Shown: piece by piece, positions 27,517-37,591 of the stretch
Layout: every line of letters begins with the position of its first letter
Numbering within the stretch: the first letter of the stretch is position 1
IMG/VR virus record: IMGVR_UViG_3300027374_000002
Coordinates: 1 to 64,000 of that record
From: a virus
Taxonomy: Duplodnaviria; Caudoviricetes
DNA length: 64,000 nucleotides
Reading direction: 5' to 3' (one strand)
Notes under the pieces: model-generated
What the model was told of the DNA's origin: nothing
Databases searched by the model: none
The model's input: the letters and a program-made list of their open reading frames with translations, nothing else
Position numbers and translations under genes: made by a program

Positions 27517-28851
27517 ATGGGTATATTTTCACGATTATTTCGGGCGAGAGATAAACCCCAGAATAAAACGGTAGGTAGCAGCTTCTCGTTTCTGATGGGT
27601 GGTTCTACGAGCGGGAAGTCGGTAACTGAACGTTCCTCAATGCAAATGACCGCAGTATATGCTTGCGTGAGAATACTTTCGGAGGCAATTGCGGGTTTGC
27701 CTTTGCACCTTTACCGCTATAAGGAAGGTGGTGGAAAGGAACAAGCGGTTGACACAAACCTCTACCGACTTTTGCATGATGAGCCTAATCCGGAAATGAC
27801 GAGTTTCGTTTTCAGGGAAACCTTGATGACTCACCTGCTGCTTTGGGGTAATGCTTACGCGCAAATCATCCGAAATGGCAAGGGTGAGGTTATTGCTTTG
27901 TACCCGTTGATGCCTAATAAGATGAGCGTGGACCGAGACGAAAAAGGGCAGTTATATTACACATATTCGCGGGCGAATGAGGAAGCGGCTACGATGACGG
28001 GAAACACCGTAATCTTGAAACCAAGCGATGTGTTACACATTCCCGGACTTGGCTTTGACGGTTTGGTGGGATATAGCCCTATAGCTATGGCGAAAAACGC
28101 AATCGGCATGGCAATCGCGTGCGAGGAATTCGGTGCGAAGTTCTTCGCAAACGGTGCTGCGCCGAGCGGGGTTCTGGAGCATCCCGGAACCATAAAAGAC
28201 CCGGCTAAAGTGCGCGACAGTTGGAACTCAACTTTTGGCGGCTCAGCAAATTCCGGAAAGGTGGCAGTGTTAGAAGAGGGGATGAAATACACCCCGATAT
28301 CTATCTCACCAGAACAGGCGCAATTCCTTGAAACTCGGAAATTTCAAATTAACGAAATAGCTCGAATTTTCAGAGTTCCTCCGCATATGGTTGGGGACCT
28401 TGAGAAATCGAGCTTTTCCAATATTGAGCAGCAGTCGCTGGAATTTGTAAAGTACACCCTTGAACCGTGGGTGGTGCGTTGGGAACAGGCGCTTTCAAGA
28501 GCGCTGCTATCCGCAACAGAGAAACCCACATACTTTTTCAAGTTCAACCTTGAGGGGTTGCTTCGCGGTGATTATCAAAGCCGTATGACCGGCTACGCAA
28601 CCGCGCGACAGAACGGGTGGATGTCTGCAAACGATATCCGCGAACTTGAAAACTTGGACCGCATTCCCGCAGAGGAGGGCGGCGATTTGTATTTAATCAA
28701 CGGCAACATGCTCCCGTTAAATAAGGCGGGTGCTTATGCAGAAAAAGGAAAGGAGGACAAAACAGACAATGAAGAAAGCACAAGCGAGGAAGTTCTGGAC
28801 GTGGAAAAATCAAGCGGAAGCGGACGGAAAACCCGCCGAAAGAGTTCTTGA
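27517..28851 (+). CDS. Portal protein (HK97 family)
   Basis: AVYACVRILSE.IA.LP, LLWGNAY, EIARIFRVPP, NDIRELENL. Confidence 0.95.
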   Translation: MGIFSRLFRARDKPQNKTVGSSFSFLMGGSTSGKSVTERSSMQMTAVYACVRILSEAIAGLPLHLYRYKEGGGKEQAVDTNLYRLLHDEPNPEMTSFVFRETLMTHLLLWGNAYAQIIRNGKGEVIALYPLMPNKMSVDRDEKGQLYYTYSRANEEAATMTGNTVILKPSDVLHIPGLGFDGLVGYSPIAMAKNAIGMAIACEEFGAKFFANGAAPSGVLEHPGTIKDPAKVRDSWNSTFGGSANSGKVAVLEEGMKYTPISISPEQAQFLETRKFQINEIARIFRVPPHMVGDLEKSSFSNIEQQSLEFVKYTLEPWVVRWEQALSRALLSATEKPTYFFKFNLEGLLRGDYQSRMTGYATARQNGWMSANDIRELENLDRIPAEEGGDLYLINGNMLPLNKAGAYAEKGKEDKTDNEESTSEEVLDVEKSSGSGRKTRRKSS

Positions 28852-29539
28852 ACTCTACGGCACGATTGCGGAAGAGAGCTGGTTCGATGATGATGTCACC
28901 CCGCAGATGTTCAGAGATGAACTGAACGCAGGCGAAGGGGACATCACTGTTTGGATTAACTCGCCTGGCGGTGACTGCATTGCAGCAAGCCAGATTTATT
29001 CGATGCTTATGGATTACAAGGGCAACGTAACCGTGAAGATAGACGGTATCGCGGCATCGGCGGCATCGGTAATCGCAATGGCGGGAACCAAGGTTCTTAT
29101 GGCACCTACGGCGTTAATTATGATTCACAATCCTGCAACGGCGGCGTTCGGTGACCACGAGGATATGAAGAAGGCAATTGAAATGCTGGACGAAGTAAAG
29201 GAAAGTATCATAAACGCCTACGAAATCAAGACCAACCAGTCCCGCGCAAAACTCTCGCACCTTATGGATGCGGAAACCTGGATGAACGCAAATAAAGCGA
29301 TAGAGCTTGGGTTCGCGGATGACATCCTGACGGACGAAAAGCTGGCAGTGGATGTGCCTGCGTATGCCTTTTCCGGCAGAGCGGTGGAAACGCAGCTTTT
29401 CAACAAGATAACCGCCAAGGCAAAAACCAAAGCTCCGAAAGAACCGGAGGTGCCGGAAGCGGCTGAGGGTAAGCAGCCCTCGAAAACCGGGCGTTCCGTT
29501 GACGAGCTAATGGAACGGCTCAACCTTATGAAATATTAA
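28769..29539 (+). CDS. ClpP-type head maturation protease
   Basis: INSPGGD, IDGIAASAASVI, MIHNP, ETWM. Confidence 0.92.
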   Translation: MKKAQARKFWTWKNQAEADGKPAERVLELYGTIAEESWFDDDVTPQMFRDELNAGEGDITVWINSPGGDCIAASQIYSMLMDYKGNVTVKIDGIAASAASVIAMAGTKVLMAPTALIMIHNPATAAFGDHEDMKKAIEMLDEVKESIINAYEIKTNQSRAKLSHLMDAETWMNANKAIELGFADDILTDEKLAVDVPAYAFSGRAVETQLFNKITAKAKTKAPKEPEVPEAAEGKQPSKTGRSVDELMERLNLMKY

Positions 29540-29556
29540 AATTGGAGGAATAAAAA

Positions 29557-30762
29557 ATGACTATTTTGGAACTGCGTGAAAAACGCGCAAAAGCATGGGA
29601 ATCCGCAAAGGCATTCCTTGACTCGCACAGAACCGGTGATGGCACGCTCTCGGCAGAGGACGATGCAATCTACACGCGCATGGAAAACGACATCAGCGCA
29701 CTGGGCAAAGAAATCGCCCGTATGGAAAGAGCAGAGGCTCTTGAAAACGAACTCAACAAACCCGTAAACGCGCCTCTTACGGCGAAACCCGAAGCGCCCA
29801 AGGCGGACATGAAAACCGGCAGGGCAACGGATGCGTACAAGAGAGCATTCTGGGACCACGCAAGAAGGCGCGACAGCATCGAAGTAAGAAATGCACTGAG
29901 CATCGGCTCGGATACCGAGGGTGGCTTCCTTGTTCCGGACGAATTTGAGAACACTCTCATTACGGCATTGAACGATGAAAATATCATCCGTAAGTTCGCG
30001 CACATCTTTACCACTTCGAGCGGCGCACACAAAATCCCCGTGGTATCGCAGCGCGGCACCGCATCTTGGATTGACGAAGCCGGCTCGATTACCGAGAGCG
30101 ATGATGTCTTCGGACAGCAGCTCATCGGCGCACACAAGGTCGGAACCCTCATCAAAGTTTCCGAAGAACTTCTTTCGGACTCGGCGTTCAACCTCGAATC
30201 CTATTTCACGAGCGAATTCGCGCGTAGAATCGGTAACGCGGAAGAAGAGGCGTTTCTCACAGGCAATGGCACTGGTAAGCCTACCGGCATTTTCAACGCC
30301 ACAGGAGGCGCAGAAATCGGCGTAACGGCGGCTGCGGCGAACACCATCACGGCGGACGAACTCATCGACCTGTTCTATTCGCTTAAGGCACCCTATCGCA
30401 AAAACGCAATCTGGATTCTTAACGATTCCACGGTTAAAATCATCCGCAAGCTCAAGGACTCCAACGGTCAGTACCTGTGGCAGCCCGCATTGCGTGACGG
30501 TGAGTTCGATACCATTCTCGGTAAGCGCATCTTCACTACGCCTTTCGCGCCGGAAGCGGCGGCGGGTGCAAAGACGATTGCGTTCGGTGATTTTTCGTAT
30601 TACTGGATAGGAGACCGTCAGGGCGTATCGTTTAAGCGTTTGAACGAGCGTTATGCGGAAACCGGTCAGGTAGGTTTCCTCGCAACCAAGCGCGTGGACG
30701 GCAAACTCATCCTTCCCGAAGCAATCAAGGTGCTTCAGCACAAGGCTGCGGCGAAGGCGTAA
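29557..30762 (+). CDS. Major capsid protein (HK97 fold)
   Basis: GGFLVP.EF, KLKDSNGQYLW, FGDFS.Y, R.DGK...EA. Confidence 0.95.
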   Translation: MTILELREKRAKAWESAKAFLDSHRTGDGTLSAEDDAIYTRMENDISALGKEIARMERAEALENELNKPVNAPLTAKPEAPKADMKTGRATDAYKRAFWDHARRRDSIEVRNALSIGSDTEGGFLVPDEFENTLITALNDENIIRKFAHIFTTSSGAHKIPVVSQRGTASWIDEAGSITESDDVFGQQLIGAHKVGTLIKVSEELLSDSAFNLESYFTSEFARRIGNAEEEAFLTGNGTGKPTGIFNATGGAEIGVTAAAANTITADELIDLFYSLKAPYRKNAIWILNDSTVKIIRKLKDSNGQYLWQPALRDGEFDTILGKRIFTTPFAPEAAAGAKTIAFGDFSYYWIGDRQGVSFKRLNERYAETGQVGFLATKRVDGKLILPEAIKVLQHKAAAKA

Positions 30763-30781
30763 TTTAAAAAGGAGCGCGGCA

Positions 30782-31096
30782 GTGATGAATAACCTGTTAG
30801 AGAAAGTTAAAGGGAACTTAATCCTTGCGCATGACGAAGACGATAAGCTCTTGGAAGGCTACATTGCTGCCGCCGTTTCCTACGCTGAAAAATACCAGCA
30901 TATTCAAGACGGGTACTATCGGGAAAACGTAATGTCTGCTTCAACCGAGCAGGCGGTAATAATGCTTGCCAGCCATTTCTACGAAAGTAGGGATGGCTCG
31001 ACAGGCGGTTTCTTCGGGGACAATGTTCAGGCGGGGCAGCAAGTATGGAACACAGTCAATCTGCTTTTAAGGTTGGACCGAGAGTGGAAGGTTTGA
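30782..31096 (+). CDS. Head-tail connector
   Basis: VK.NL..HDEDD.LL; QAVIMLASHFYESR. Confidence 0.85.
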   Translation: MMNNLLEKVKGNLILAHDEDDKLLEGYIAAAVSYAEKYQHIQDGYYRENVMSASTEQAVIMLASHFYESRDGSTGGFFGDNVQAGQQVWNTVNLLLRLDREWKV

Positions 31097-31097
31097 A

Positions 31098-31445
31098 ATG
31101 AGCTACGGAAAAATGAATAAGTTTGCGGAAATAGTCCGCACGCACAAGTTTAAAGATAAAGAAGGGTTTGTAAAACAGGGAGAGCATATTCTCGCATCAG
31201 TCCGGGTTTATCAGGAAGGAAAGCACGGCTCAGAACGTTGGGCGAACCTTGCATCTTTTTCCGTTGCAACTGACCTTTTCCGGTTCAGGCGCATTCCTCG
31301 CGTAAAGATTACCACGCACGATTTTATCGTATGTGAAGGAAAGCGGTACGAGATAGTGTCCGTTGAAGATGTGAAAGGCAAGGGCATGTACACCGAGATA
31401 CTTGCAAAGGTGAGCGAGGGAGATGAATGGCTAAGACAACGATAA
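31098..31445 (+). CDS. Head-tail adaptor/closure protein
   Basis: Position; RYEIVSVEDVKG.GMY.EILA. Confidence 0.8.
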   Translation: MSYGKMNKFAEIVRTHKFKDKEGFVKQGEHILASVRVYQEGKHGSERWANLASFSVATDLFRFRRIPRVKITTHDFIVCEGKRYEIVSVEDVKGKGMYTEILAKVSEGDEWLRQR

Positions 31446-31858
31446 AAATGCCAGACGATTTCCTGATGAAACTTTCGAAGCTCGGAAGCCGGACAGATGA
31501 GATTGCGGAAAAAGCATTGAAGGCTGGTGGCGAGATAATTCTTTCTAAAACGAAGAGTAATTTACAGGCAGTCGTTGGCAAAGATACAAAGGTTAAAAGC
31601 AGGTCCACAGGTGAGCTTGCTTCCGCGTTAGGACTTACCGGCGTGCGACAGGATCGTAACGGAAACAGCAACATAAAGCTGGGTTTTTCGGAACCGCGTA
31701 AAGGCGGCGAGAGCAACGCTAAAATCGCCAACATCCTCGAATACGGACGGGTGGGGCAACCGCCCAAGCCTTTCCTTAAACCCGCCACAAACGCCTGTAA
31801 AGGTGCTGTGGTGCAAAAAATGACGGACACTTTGGACCAGGAGATTAAAAAGCTATGA
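31427..31858 (+). CDS. HK97 gp10-like neck protein
   Basis: EKALKAGGE, LEYG..QPPKPFLKPA. Confidence 0.85.
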   Translation: MAKTTIKMPDDFLMKLSKLGSRTDEIAEKALKAGGEIILSKTKSNLQAVVGKDTKVKSRSTGELASALGLTGVRQDRNGNSNIKLGFSEPRKGGESNAKIANILEYGRVGQPPKPFLKPATNACKGAVVQKMTDTLDQEIKKL

Positions 31859-32196
31859 GTATACTCGAAGAATTGCACTCCGTGCTTGGGAAAGTTAAGG
31901 TACCTATCGAAACGGGGATATTTACCGGCAAAGCACCTGGTGAGTATTTGGTGGTAACACCTCTTTCGGATAACTTCGCACTTCACGCAGATAATGCGCC
32001 GGGGACCGAGGTTTCCGAAGCGCGTATTTCCATTTTTACCGTATCGAACTATACCCGGTTAAAACGCCGTATTACAAGTGCGCTTTTGAAAGCGGACTTC
32101 ACTGTTACGGACCGAAGGTATCTCGGTTTTGATACCGAAACGAACTATCATGGTTATTCCATTGATGTTCAAAAAAACTACGAATTGGAGGATTAA
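31855..32196 (+). CDS. Tail terminator-like protein
   Basis: Position between neck and major tail genes; typical size. Confidence 0.7.
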   Translation: MSILEELHSVLGKVKVPIETGIFTGKAPGEYLVVTPLSDNFALHADNAPGTEVSEARISIFTVSNYTRLKRRITSALLKADFTVTDRRYLGFDTETNYHGYSIDVQKNYELED

Positions 32197-32201
32197 AAAT
32201 T

Positions 32202-33050
32202 ATGGCAACAATTGGACTTGACAAACTCTTTTATGCCGATATTACCGAAGATGAAAACGGCAACGAAGCCTACGGAAAACCGAAGCAACTCGCAAAGGCA
32301 ATCTCGGCAGATTTGTCGGTTGAACTTAATGAAGCAACGCTGTACGCGGATGACGGTCAAGCGGAGGCGGTCAAGGAATTTAAAGGTGGAACGCTCTCGC
32401 TTGGCGTTGACGATATAGGTCACGTAGTAGCGGCAGACCTTGTCGGTGCAAAGCTCGATAAAAACGGTGTGCTTGTTTCGGGTTCGGAAGATACTTCGAA
32501 GTATGTGGCTATCGGTTTCAGAGCGAAGAAAGCGAACGGTAAGTACAAGTATTACTGGTTGTACAGAGTTCTGTTCGGTGTTCCCGCCACGAACCTGGCA
32601 ACCAAGGGCGATTCAATTTCGTTCCAGACACCGACCATCGAAGGCAGCATTTTCCGCAGGAATAAACTTGACGGAAATAAAAACCATCCCTGGAAAGCGG
32701 AGGTTACGGAAACGAGCGAGAATGCTGTGGTTATTAACAAATGGTATGACGAGGTGTATGAACCGAGTTATGAAACATCCACGACAGACAGCGAAGCAAG
32801 CAGCGAAGAAGCCGCACATTACGAAGCCAAAGCCAATGAGAATGGCGGTACGGAAACGACAACTGAAATGGATAACTTAGGTAGCGGCGGTTATATCGAT
32901 GAGCCTGAACGGGTATCGGTAGAGATAGATGATACGGATGTTCCTCTGGGTCTCGGCGGAATACCCGAACCGGAAAGAAACGATGAGGAAGAGACAGACA
33001 ATACATCTACTACAACCACGCGCAGTCATAGTGGCGGAGGAGGCAACTGA
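32202..33050 (+). CDS. Major tail protein (phi13 family) with acidic C-terminal extension
   Basis: IGLDKL.YA, LYADD, VAIGFRA.K..G..Y.WL. Confidence 0.9.
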   Translation: MATIGLDKLFYADITEDENGNEAYGKPKQLAKAISADLSVELNEATLYADDGQAEAVKEFKGGTLSLGVDDIGHVVAADLVGAKLDKNGVLVSGSEDTSKYVAIGFRAKKANGKYKYYWLYRVLFGVPATNLATKGDSISFQTPTIEGSIFRRNKLDGNKNHPWKAEVTETSENAVVINKWYDEVYEPSYETSTTDSEASSEEAAHYEAKANENGGTETTTEMDNLGSGGYIDEPERVSVEIDDTDVPLGLGGIPEPERNDEEETDNTSTTTTRSHSGGGGN

Positions 33051-33427
33051 TGGATGAGAGAGCAGTAAGTATTAACATAGGAGGCAAGGATTATGAACTC
33101 ATCCTTACAACCAGAGCAACAAAGGCAATCGCAAGTCGTTACGGCGGTTTAGAGAACCTTGGCGAAAAGCTGATGAAGAGCGAGAACTTCGAGCAGGCAC
33201 TTGACGAAGTTGTATGGCTTATAGTTACGCTTGCAAACCAGTCGGTTCAGATTTTCAACCTTCGCAATAAGGGAAGCGAAAAGCCGCTTCTTACAGCGGA
33301 GGAGGTAGAACTTTTAACTATTCCCACAGATTTGGCAACCTACAAGGATGCAATTACGGAATGTTTATTTAAAGGAACAAAGCGCAACGTGGAGAGTGAA
33401 GAATCAAAAAACGCAGTGGGCGGGTAA
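33050..33427 (+). CDS. Tail assembly chaperone
   Basis: Position; ends at slippery A-AAA-AAC. Confidence 0.85.
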   Translation: MDERAVSINIGGKDYELILTTRATKAIASRYGGLENLGEKLMKSENFEQALDEVVWLIVTLANQSVQIFNLRNKGSEKPLLTAEEVELLTIPTDLATYKDAITECLFKGTKRNVESEESKNAVGG

Positions 33428-33615
33428 ACGATGACGAGTTGTTTACCCGTCTGCTTTATTACGGGTTAGCGCATTTGCACTTAACGCAAGACGAAATTTG
33501 GCTGATGCCTTTCGGCTTACTGCTGGATTTGTGGGAATGTCATAAACAGTTCCACGGGATAAGTAAAGCGAAGGTGGAGGTCTTCATCGACGATATTATC
33601 CCAGATGGTATATGA
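33412..33615 (+). CDS. -1 frameshift extension of the tail assembly chaperone (gpGT-like; absent from the ORF track)
   Basis: AAAAAAC at 33406-33412 opens RSGRVNDDELFTRLLYYG..MPFGLLLDLWECHKQ..PDGI*. Confidence 0.8.
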   Translation, partial: RSGRVNDDELFTRLLYYGLAHLHLTQDEIWLMPFGLLLDLWECHKQFHGISKAKVEVFIDDIIPDGI

Positions 33616-33717
33616 CATAAATAGACAAAAACGATACATAAATAGCTTTTGATTTTCGCATAAGTAATTGACTTTGCCCTTAAAATATGCTATTATTTAA
33701 GGGTAAAGGAGTATCGT

Positions 33718-34767
33718 ATGAAAGAGTTTTGCTATGCAGGATTAAAAAACAAGCAGTGGGATTCTGAAATTTTGGGGTATATTGCTCAGATTTATCAGGA
33801 AAAAGGGAAGCAAGAACTTTATTTAAAACAGAAACCTGCGGATCTTGATGTACTTGTCGAAATTGCAAAGGTGCAGAGTACTGAAGCATCAAATGAAATT
33901 GAAGGCATAAGAACAACAAATACGAGATTAAAACAGCTTGTTCAGGATAAAACCACGCCGAGAAACCGCGATGAAAAGGAAATAGCAGGTTATAGGGATG
34001 CACTAAATATTATTCATGAGAATTTTGAGTCGATACCGATAACGCCGAATTTTATTTTACAATTGCATAAAATTCTTTTAAGCCACGCTGAAACCGGAAT
34101 GGACGGAAAATATAAGAATGTTCAAAATTATATAAGCGCAACAGACAGCAATGGAAGGACGTACACATTGTTTACGCCACTTTCACCGTTTGAAACACCG
34201 ATAGCAATGCAAACGCTGTGTGAAGAATTTAATAGGACATTGGGAAGTGGAGACGTTGACCCGCTCATACTCATACCTATTTTTATTCATGATTTTTTGT
34301 GTATTCACCCGTTTCTTGACGGTAATGGAAGGATGTCTCGACTTTTAACAACATTACTTTTGTATCGTTCAGGGTTTTATGTCGGGAAATACATTTCCTT
34401 GGAAGCAAAAATTGCGAAGCACAAGGATTTATATTATGACGCACTCCAAGCAAGCCAGGATGGTTGGCATGATAATTGCGATAATCCGTTGCCGTTTGTA
34501 AAATACTTGCTGGGTATAATAGTTTCAGCTTATCGAGATTTTGAACAGCGAATGGAAATTGTAAGTGAAAAAATTCCTGCGAAAGAAATGGTACGTAAAG
34601 CAATACAATGCAAGATAGGCAAATTTACTAAACAGGAAATAAAAGAATTGTGTCCAACATTAAGTGTAAGCTCTATTGAAGCTGCGTTCCGTGAGCTTAT
34701 AAGTGAAGGCGATATTGAACGTAAAGGTATAGGGCGTTCAGTGTATTACATCAGATTAAAATATTGA
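33718..34767 (+). CDS. Fic-family protein with C-terminal wHTH (moron)
   Basis: HPFLDGNGRMSR; inhibitory-type SNEIEG; own promoter TTGACT-17-TATTAT at 33668-33696; AT-rich. Confidence 0.92.
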   Translation: MKEFCYAGLKNKQWDSEILGYIAQIYQEKGKQELYLKQKPADLDVLVEIAKVQSTEASNEIEGIRTTNTRLKQLVQDKTTPRNRDEKEIAGYRDALNIIHENFESIPITPNFILQLHKILLSHAETGMDGKYKNVQNYISATDSNGRTYTLFTPLSPFETPIAMQTLCEEFNRTLGSGDVDPLILIPIFIHDFLCIHPFLDGNGRMSRLLTTLLLYRSGFYVGKYISLEAKIAKHKDLYYDALQASQDGWHDNCDNPLPFVKYLLGIIVSAYRDFEQRMEIVSEKIPAKEMVRKAIQCKIGKFTKQEIKELCPTLSVSSIEAAFRELISEGDIERKGIGRSVYYIRLKY

Positions 34768-34855
34768 TTTTGTAATTTATTAAAAATATTAGAAGAGCAT
34801 CTATCCCCAAGGGTAGGTGCTTTTCTTATGCAAAAAAAACAAGGAGGCAAGCAAA

Positions 34856-37591
34856 ATGGCAGATAATTTCGGATTGAAGATAGGGCTTGAAGGCGAGAAA
34901 GAATTCAAGAAAGCGCTGTCGGAAATCAATCAGTCATTTAAGGTGCTTGGCTCCGAAATGAAGCTGGTTGATTCGCAGTTCGATAAAAATGACCAGTCGG
35001 TTGCTGCGCTTACGGCTCGGAACGAAGTTCTGGAAAAGTCTATCGAAGCGCAAAAATCAAAAATTGAAACATTGCGCTCCGCGCTTTCAAGCGCGGCATC
35101 GTCCTTTGGTGAAACGGACAAACGAACTCAGGCTTGGCAAGTTCAGTTAAACAATGCACAAGCCGAACTTAACGGAATGGAAAAAGAGCTTAAACAAAAC
35201 CAAACAGCTCTTAAGTCCACCAGTTCGGGAATGGATGATGCGAAGAAGTCAGCCGATAAAATGGGTGATGAAATTGAGGATGCAGGCAAACAAGCCGAAA
35301 AATCCTCGCCCAAGATGGAAGCTCTCGGCAGTGTATGCAAAGGTGTAGCTGGGGCTATCACTGCTGCGTTCGCTGCCGTTTCTGCTGCCGCCATCGCCGC
35401 GGGTAAAGCATTGGTGGATATGACGAAGGAAGGCGCGGCGTATGCAGATAACGTTCTCACCGAATCAACCGTAACCGGCATTGCAACAGACAAACTTCAA
35501 GAGTACATGTATGCCGCCGAACTCGTAGATGTTTCGGTTGAAACGTTGACGAAGTCGATGGCAAAAAACATCAAATCAATGAAGTCGGCGGCAGACGGTT
35601 CGAAAGCATATGAAGAAGCGTATGCGCAGCTTGGTGTTGCTGTTGTCGATGCGAACGGAGAGTTGCGCGATAGCGATACTGTGTATTGGGAATTAATCGA
35701 TGCGCTTGGGAAAATCGAGAATGAAACCGAGCGAGATGCGATTGCAATGCAGGTGCTTGGCAAGTCCGCGCAAGAACTCAATCCGTTAATTGTCGCAGGT
35801 GCGGACCGAATGTCGGAGCTGGGGGAAGAAGCGCGAAAGGCAGGATATGTCCTGTCGGACGATACTCTTGCGGCTTACGGCGCATACGATGACCAACTTC
35901 AAAAACTGACCACGGGTGCGACTGCTGCGAAAAACTCTCTCGGTACTGTTTTGTTACCGATACTTACCGAGCTTTCTGGCGCAGGGGTTGACCTTCTGGG
36001 AGACTTCGCACGCGGCATTCAGGAATGCGGCGGTGATATCAGCAAGATGGCAAGTGTTATAAGCGAGATATTGCCGAAAGCACTAAATACCGTGATGAAG
36101 TATGTACCGCAAATTCTGGACTTGATTGTTTCGGTGGTTGGCTCAATCGGTAAAGCGATAGTAGACAACCTTCCTATGATAGTCACCGCCGTTTCTCAGA
36201 TAATCTTTACGATATTAAACGGCTTAATTTCCGCGCTTCCGCAGATAGCGGACGGGGCGCTGCAGTTGGTATTGGCTTTGGTGGACGGTATAATCGACCA
36301 GTTGCCGATGCTGATTGATGTTGCGTTGAAAGTAATTGAAACGCTTGTCGCAGGGTTAGCACAGGCACTTCCGAAGCTGATACCCGCAATCGTTCAGGTA
36401 GTTGTGCAAGTAGCGAAAACGCTTATAAACAATCTGCCTACAATCTTGAAAGCGGTGCTTGAACTCATAAAAGGCGTTGCAAAAGGAATACTTGACGCAA
36501 TTCCTGTAATCATTAAAGCGCTGCCGGAAATTATAAAAGCAATAGTTTCTTTTATTCTCGGTGCAATACCGGAAATCATCGATGCAGGCATACAGCTTTT
36601 GACCTCACTTGTGGCTGCATTGCCAGAAATTATCCAGGCAATAGTTGAAGTCTTCCCTGAGATTATAAATGCAATAATTGAAGCGGTATTGGATGCGATT
36701 CCGCTGATAATTGATGCTGGCATAAAATTGCTTACCGCGCTTATTACAGCGCTGCCTGACATTATCGTTACAATAGTAGAGGCAATTCCGAAGATTATAT
36801 CGAGTATAATCGATGCGGTTATTGGTGCGATTCCGTTGCTGATTGAAGCAGGCATTCAACTTTTGATTTCGTTGGTAGCAGCGTTGCCGCAAATTATAAC
36901 AGCAATAGTAGAAGCTATTCCGAAAATTATCAACGGAATTATTGAAGCAATTCTCGGCTCAATTCCACAACTCATCCAAGCGGGTATTCAACTGTTTATG
37001 TCATTGATTGCGAACCTTCCTACAATCATCGTAGAACTTGTGAAGGCGGTTCCGCAAATCATAAAAGCGCTGGTCGATGGTTTCTCGCAAGGTATAAGCT
37101 CATTCGTTGAAATTGGCGCTAATTTGGTGCGCGGTCTTTGGGAAGGAATCAAGAGCCTTGCTGGTTGGATTTGGGATAAAGTTAGCAGTTGGGCGAAAGA
37201 CCTCTGGAGCGGCATAAAGAATTTCTTCGGGATTCACTCACCGTCTAAAAAGATGGCATGGATTGGTGACATGATGATGGAGGGTTTGGCTGGCGGTATT
37301 GACGAGTCTGCGGGTGAAGTTATGGATTCGGCAATGGATATGACGCGGGATTTGAATTCCGTATTCAATGAACTTTCAGCCGACTTAGGCTCAGAACCGT
37401 TGCAGTTCGATGTTAGCAAAACTGTAAACGGCGTTCGGGATACGGCAGCAGGGGCTTCGGGTAGCATCACTATTCAGCTTAACATCGATAAATTCAACAA
37501 CTATTCAAGCGAAGATATATCCGACCTAACCAATGAAATTATGGAAACGGCGGGTAATTTTATGAAGAGAAAAGGAGTAGTGTTCGCGTGA
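34856..37591 (+). CDS. Tape measure protein
   Basis: FGLKIGLEGEKEFK start; long amphipathic IIEAIP..I repeats; GIHSPS. Confidence 0.9.
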   Translation: MADNFGLKIGLEGEKEFKKALSEINQSFKVLGSEMKLVDSQFDKNDQSVAALTARNEVLEKSIEAQKSKIETLRSALSSAASSFGETDKRTQAWQVQLNNAQAELNGMEKELKQNQTALKSTSSGMDDAKKSADKMGDEIEDAGKQAEKSSPKMEALGSVCKGVAGAITAAFAAVSAAAIAAGKALVDMTKEGAAYADNVLTESTVTGIATDKLQEYMYAAELVDVSVETLTKSMAKNIKSMKSAADGSKAYEEAYAQLGVAVVDANGELRDSDTVYWELIDALGKIENETERDAIAMQVLGKSAQELNPLIVAGADRMSELGEEARKAGYVLSDDTLAAYGAYDDQLQKLTTGATAAKNSLGTVLLPILTELSGAGVDLLGDFARGIQECGGDISKMASVISEILPKALNTVMKYVPQILDLIVSVVGSIGKAIVDNLPMIVTAVSQIIFTILNGLISALPQIADGALQLVLALVDGIIDQLPMLIDVALKVIETLVAGLAQALPKLIPAIVQVVVQVAKTLINNLPTILKAVLELIKGVAKGILDAIPVIIKALPEIIKAIVSFILGAIPEIIDAGIQLLTSLVAALPEIIQAIVEVFPEIINAIIEAVLDAIPLIIDAGIKLLTALITALPDIIVTIVEAIPKIISSIIDAVIGAIPLLIEAGIQLLISLVAALPQIITAIVEAIPKIINGIIEAILGSIPQLIQAGIQLFMSLIANLPTIIVELVKAVPQIIKALVDGFSQGISSFVEIGANLVRGLWEGIKSLAGWIWDKVSSWAKDLWSGIKNFFGIHSPSKKMAWIGDMMMEGLAGGIDESAGEVMDSAMDMTRDLNSVFNELSADLGSEPLQFDVSKTVNGVRDTAAGASGSITIQLNIDKFNNYSSEDISDLTNEIMETAGNFMKRKGVVFA

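Noticed and set aside
28769-28851. 83-nt portal/protease overlap
   Set aside because: Consistent with a simple C-terminal extension of the portal; no further signal.
29536-30741. 401-aa antisense ORF spanning the capsid gene
   Set aside because: Mirror-frame shadow of a codon-biased gene; no motifs or RBS.
36100-37100. Repeats in the tape measure gene
   Set aside because: Ordinary amphipathic TMP periodicity.
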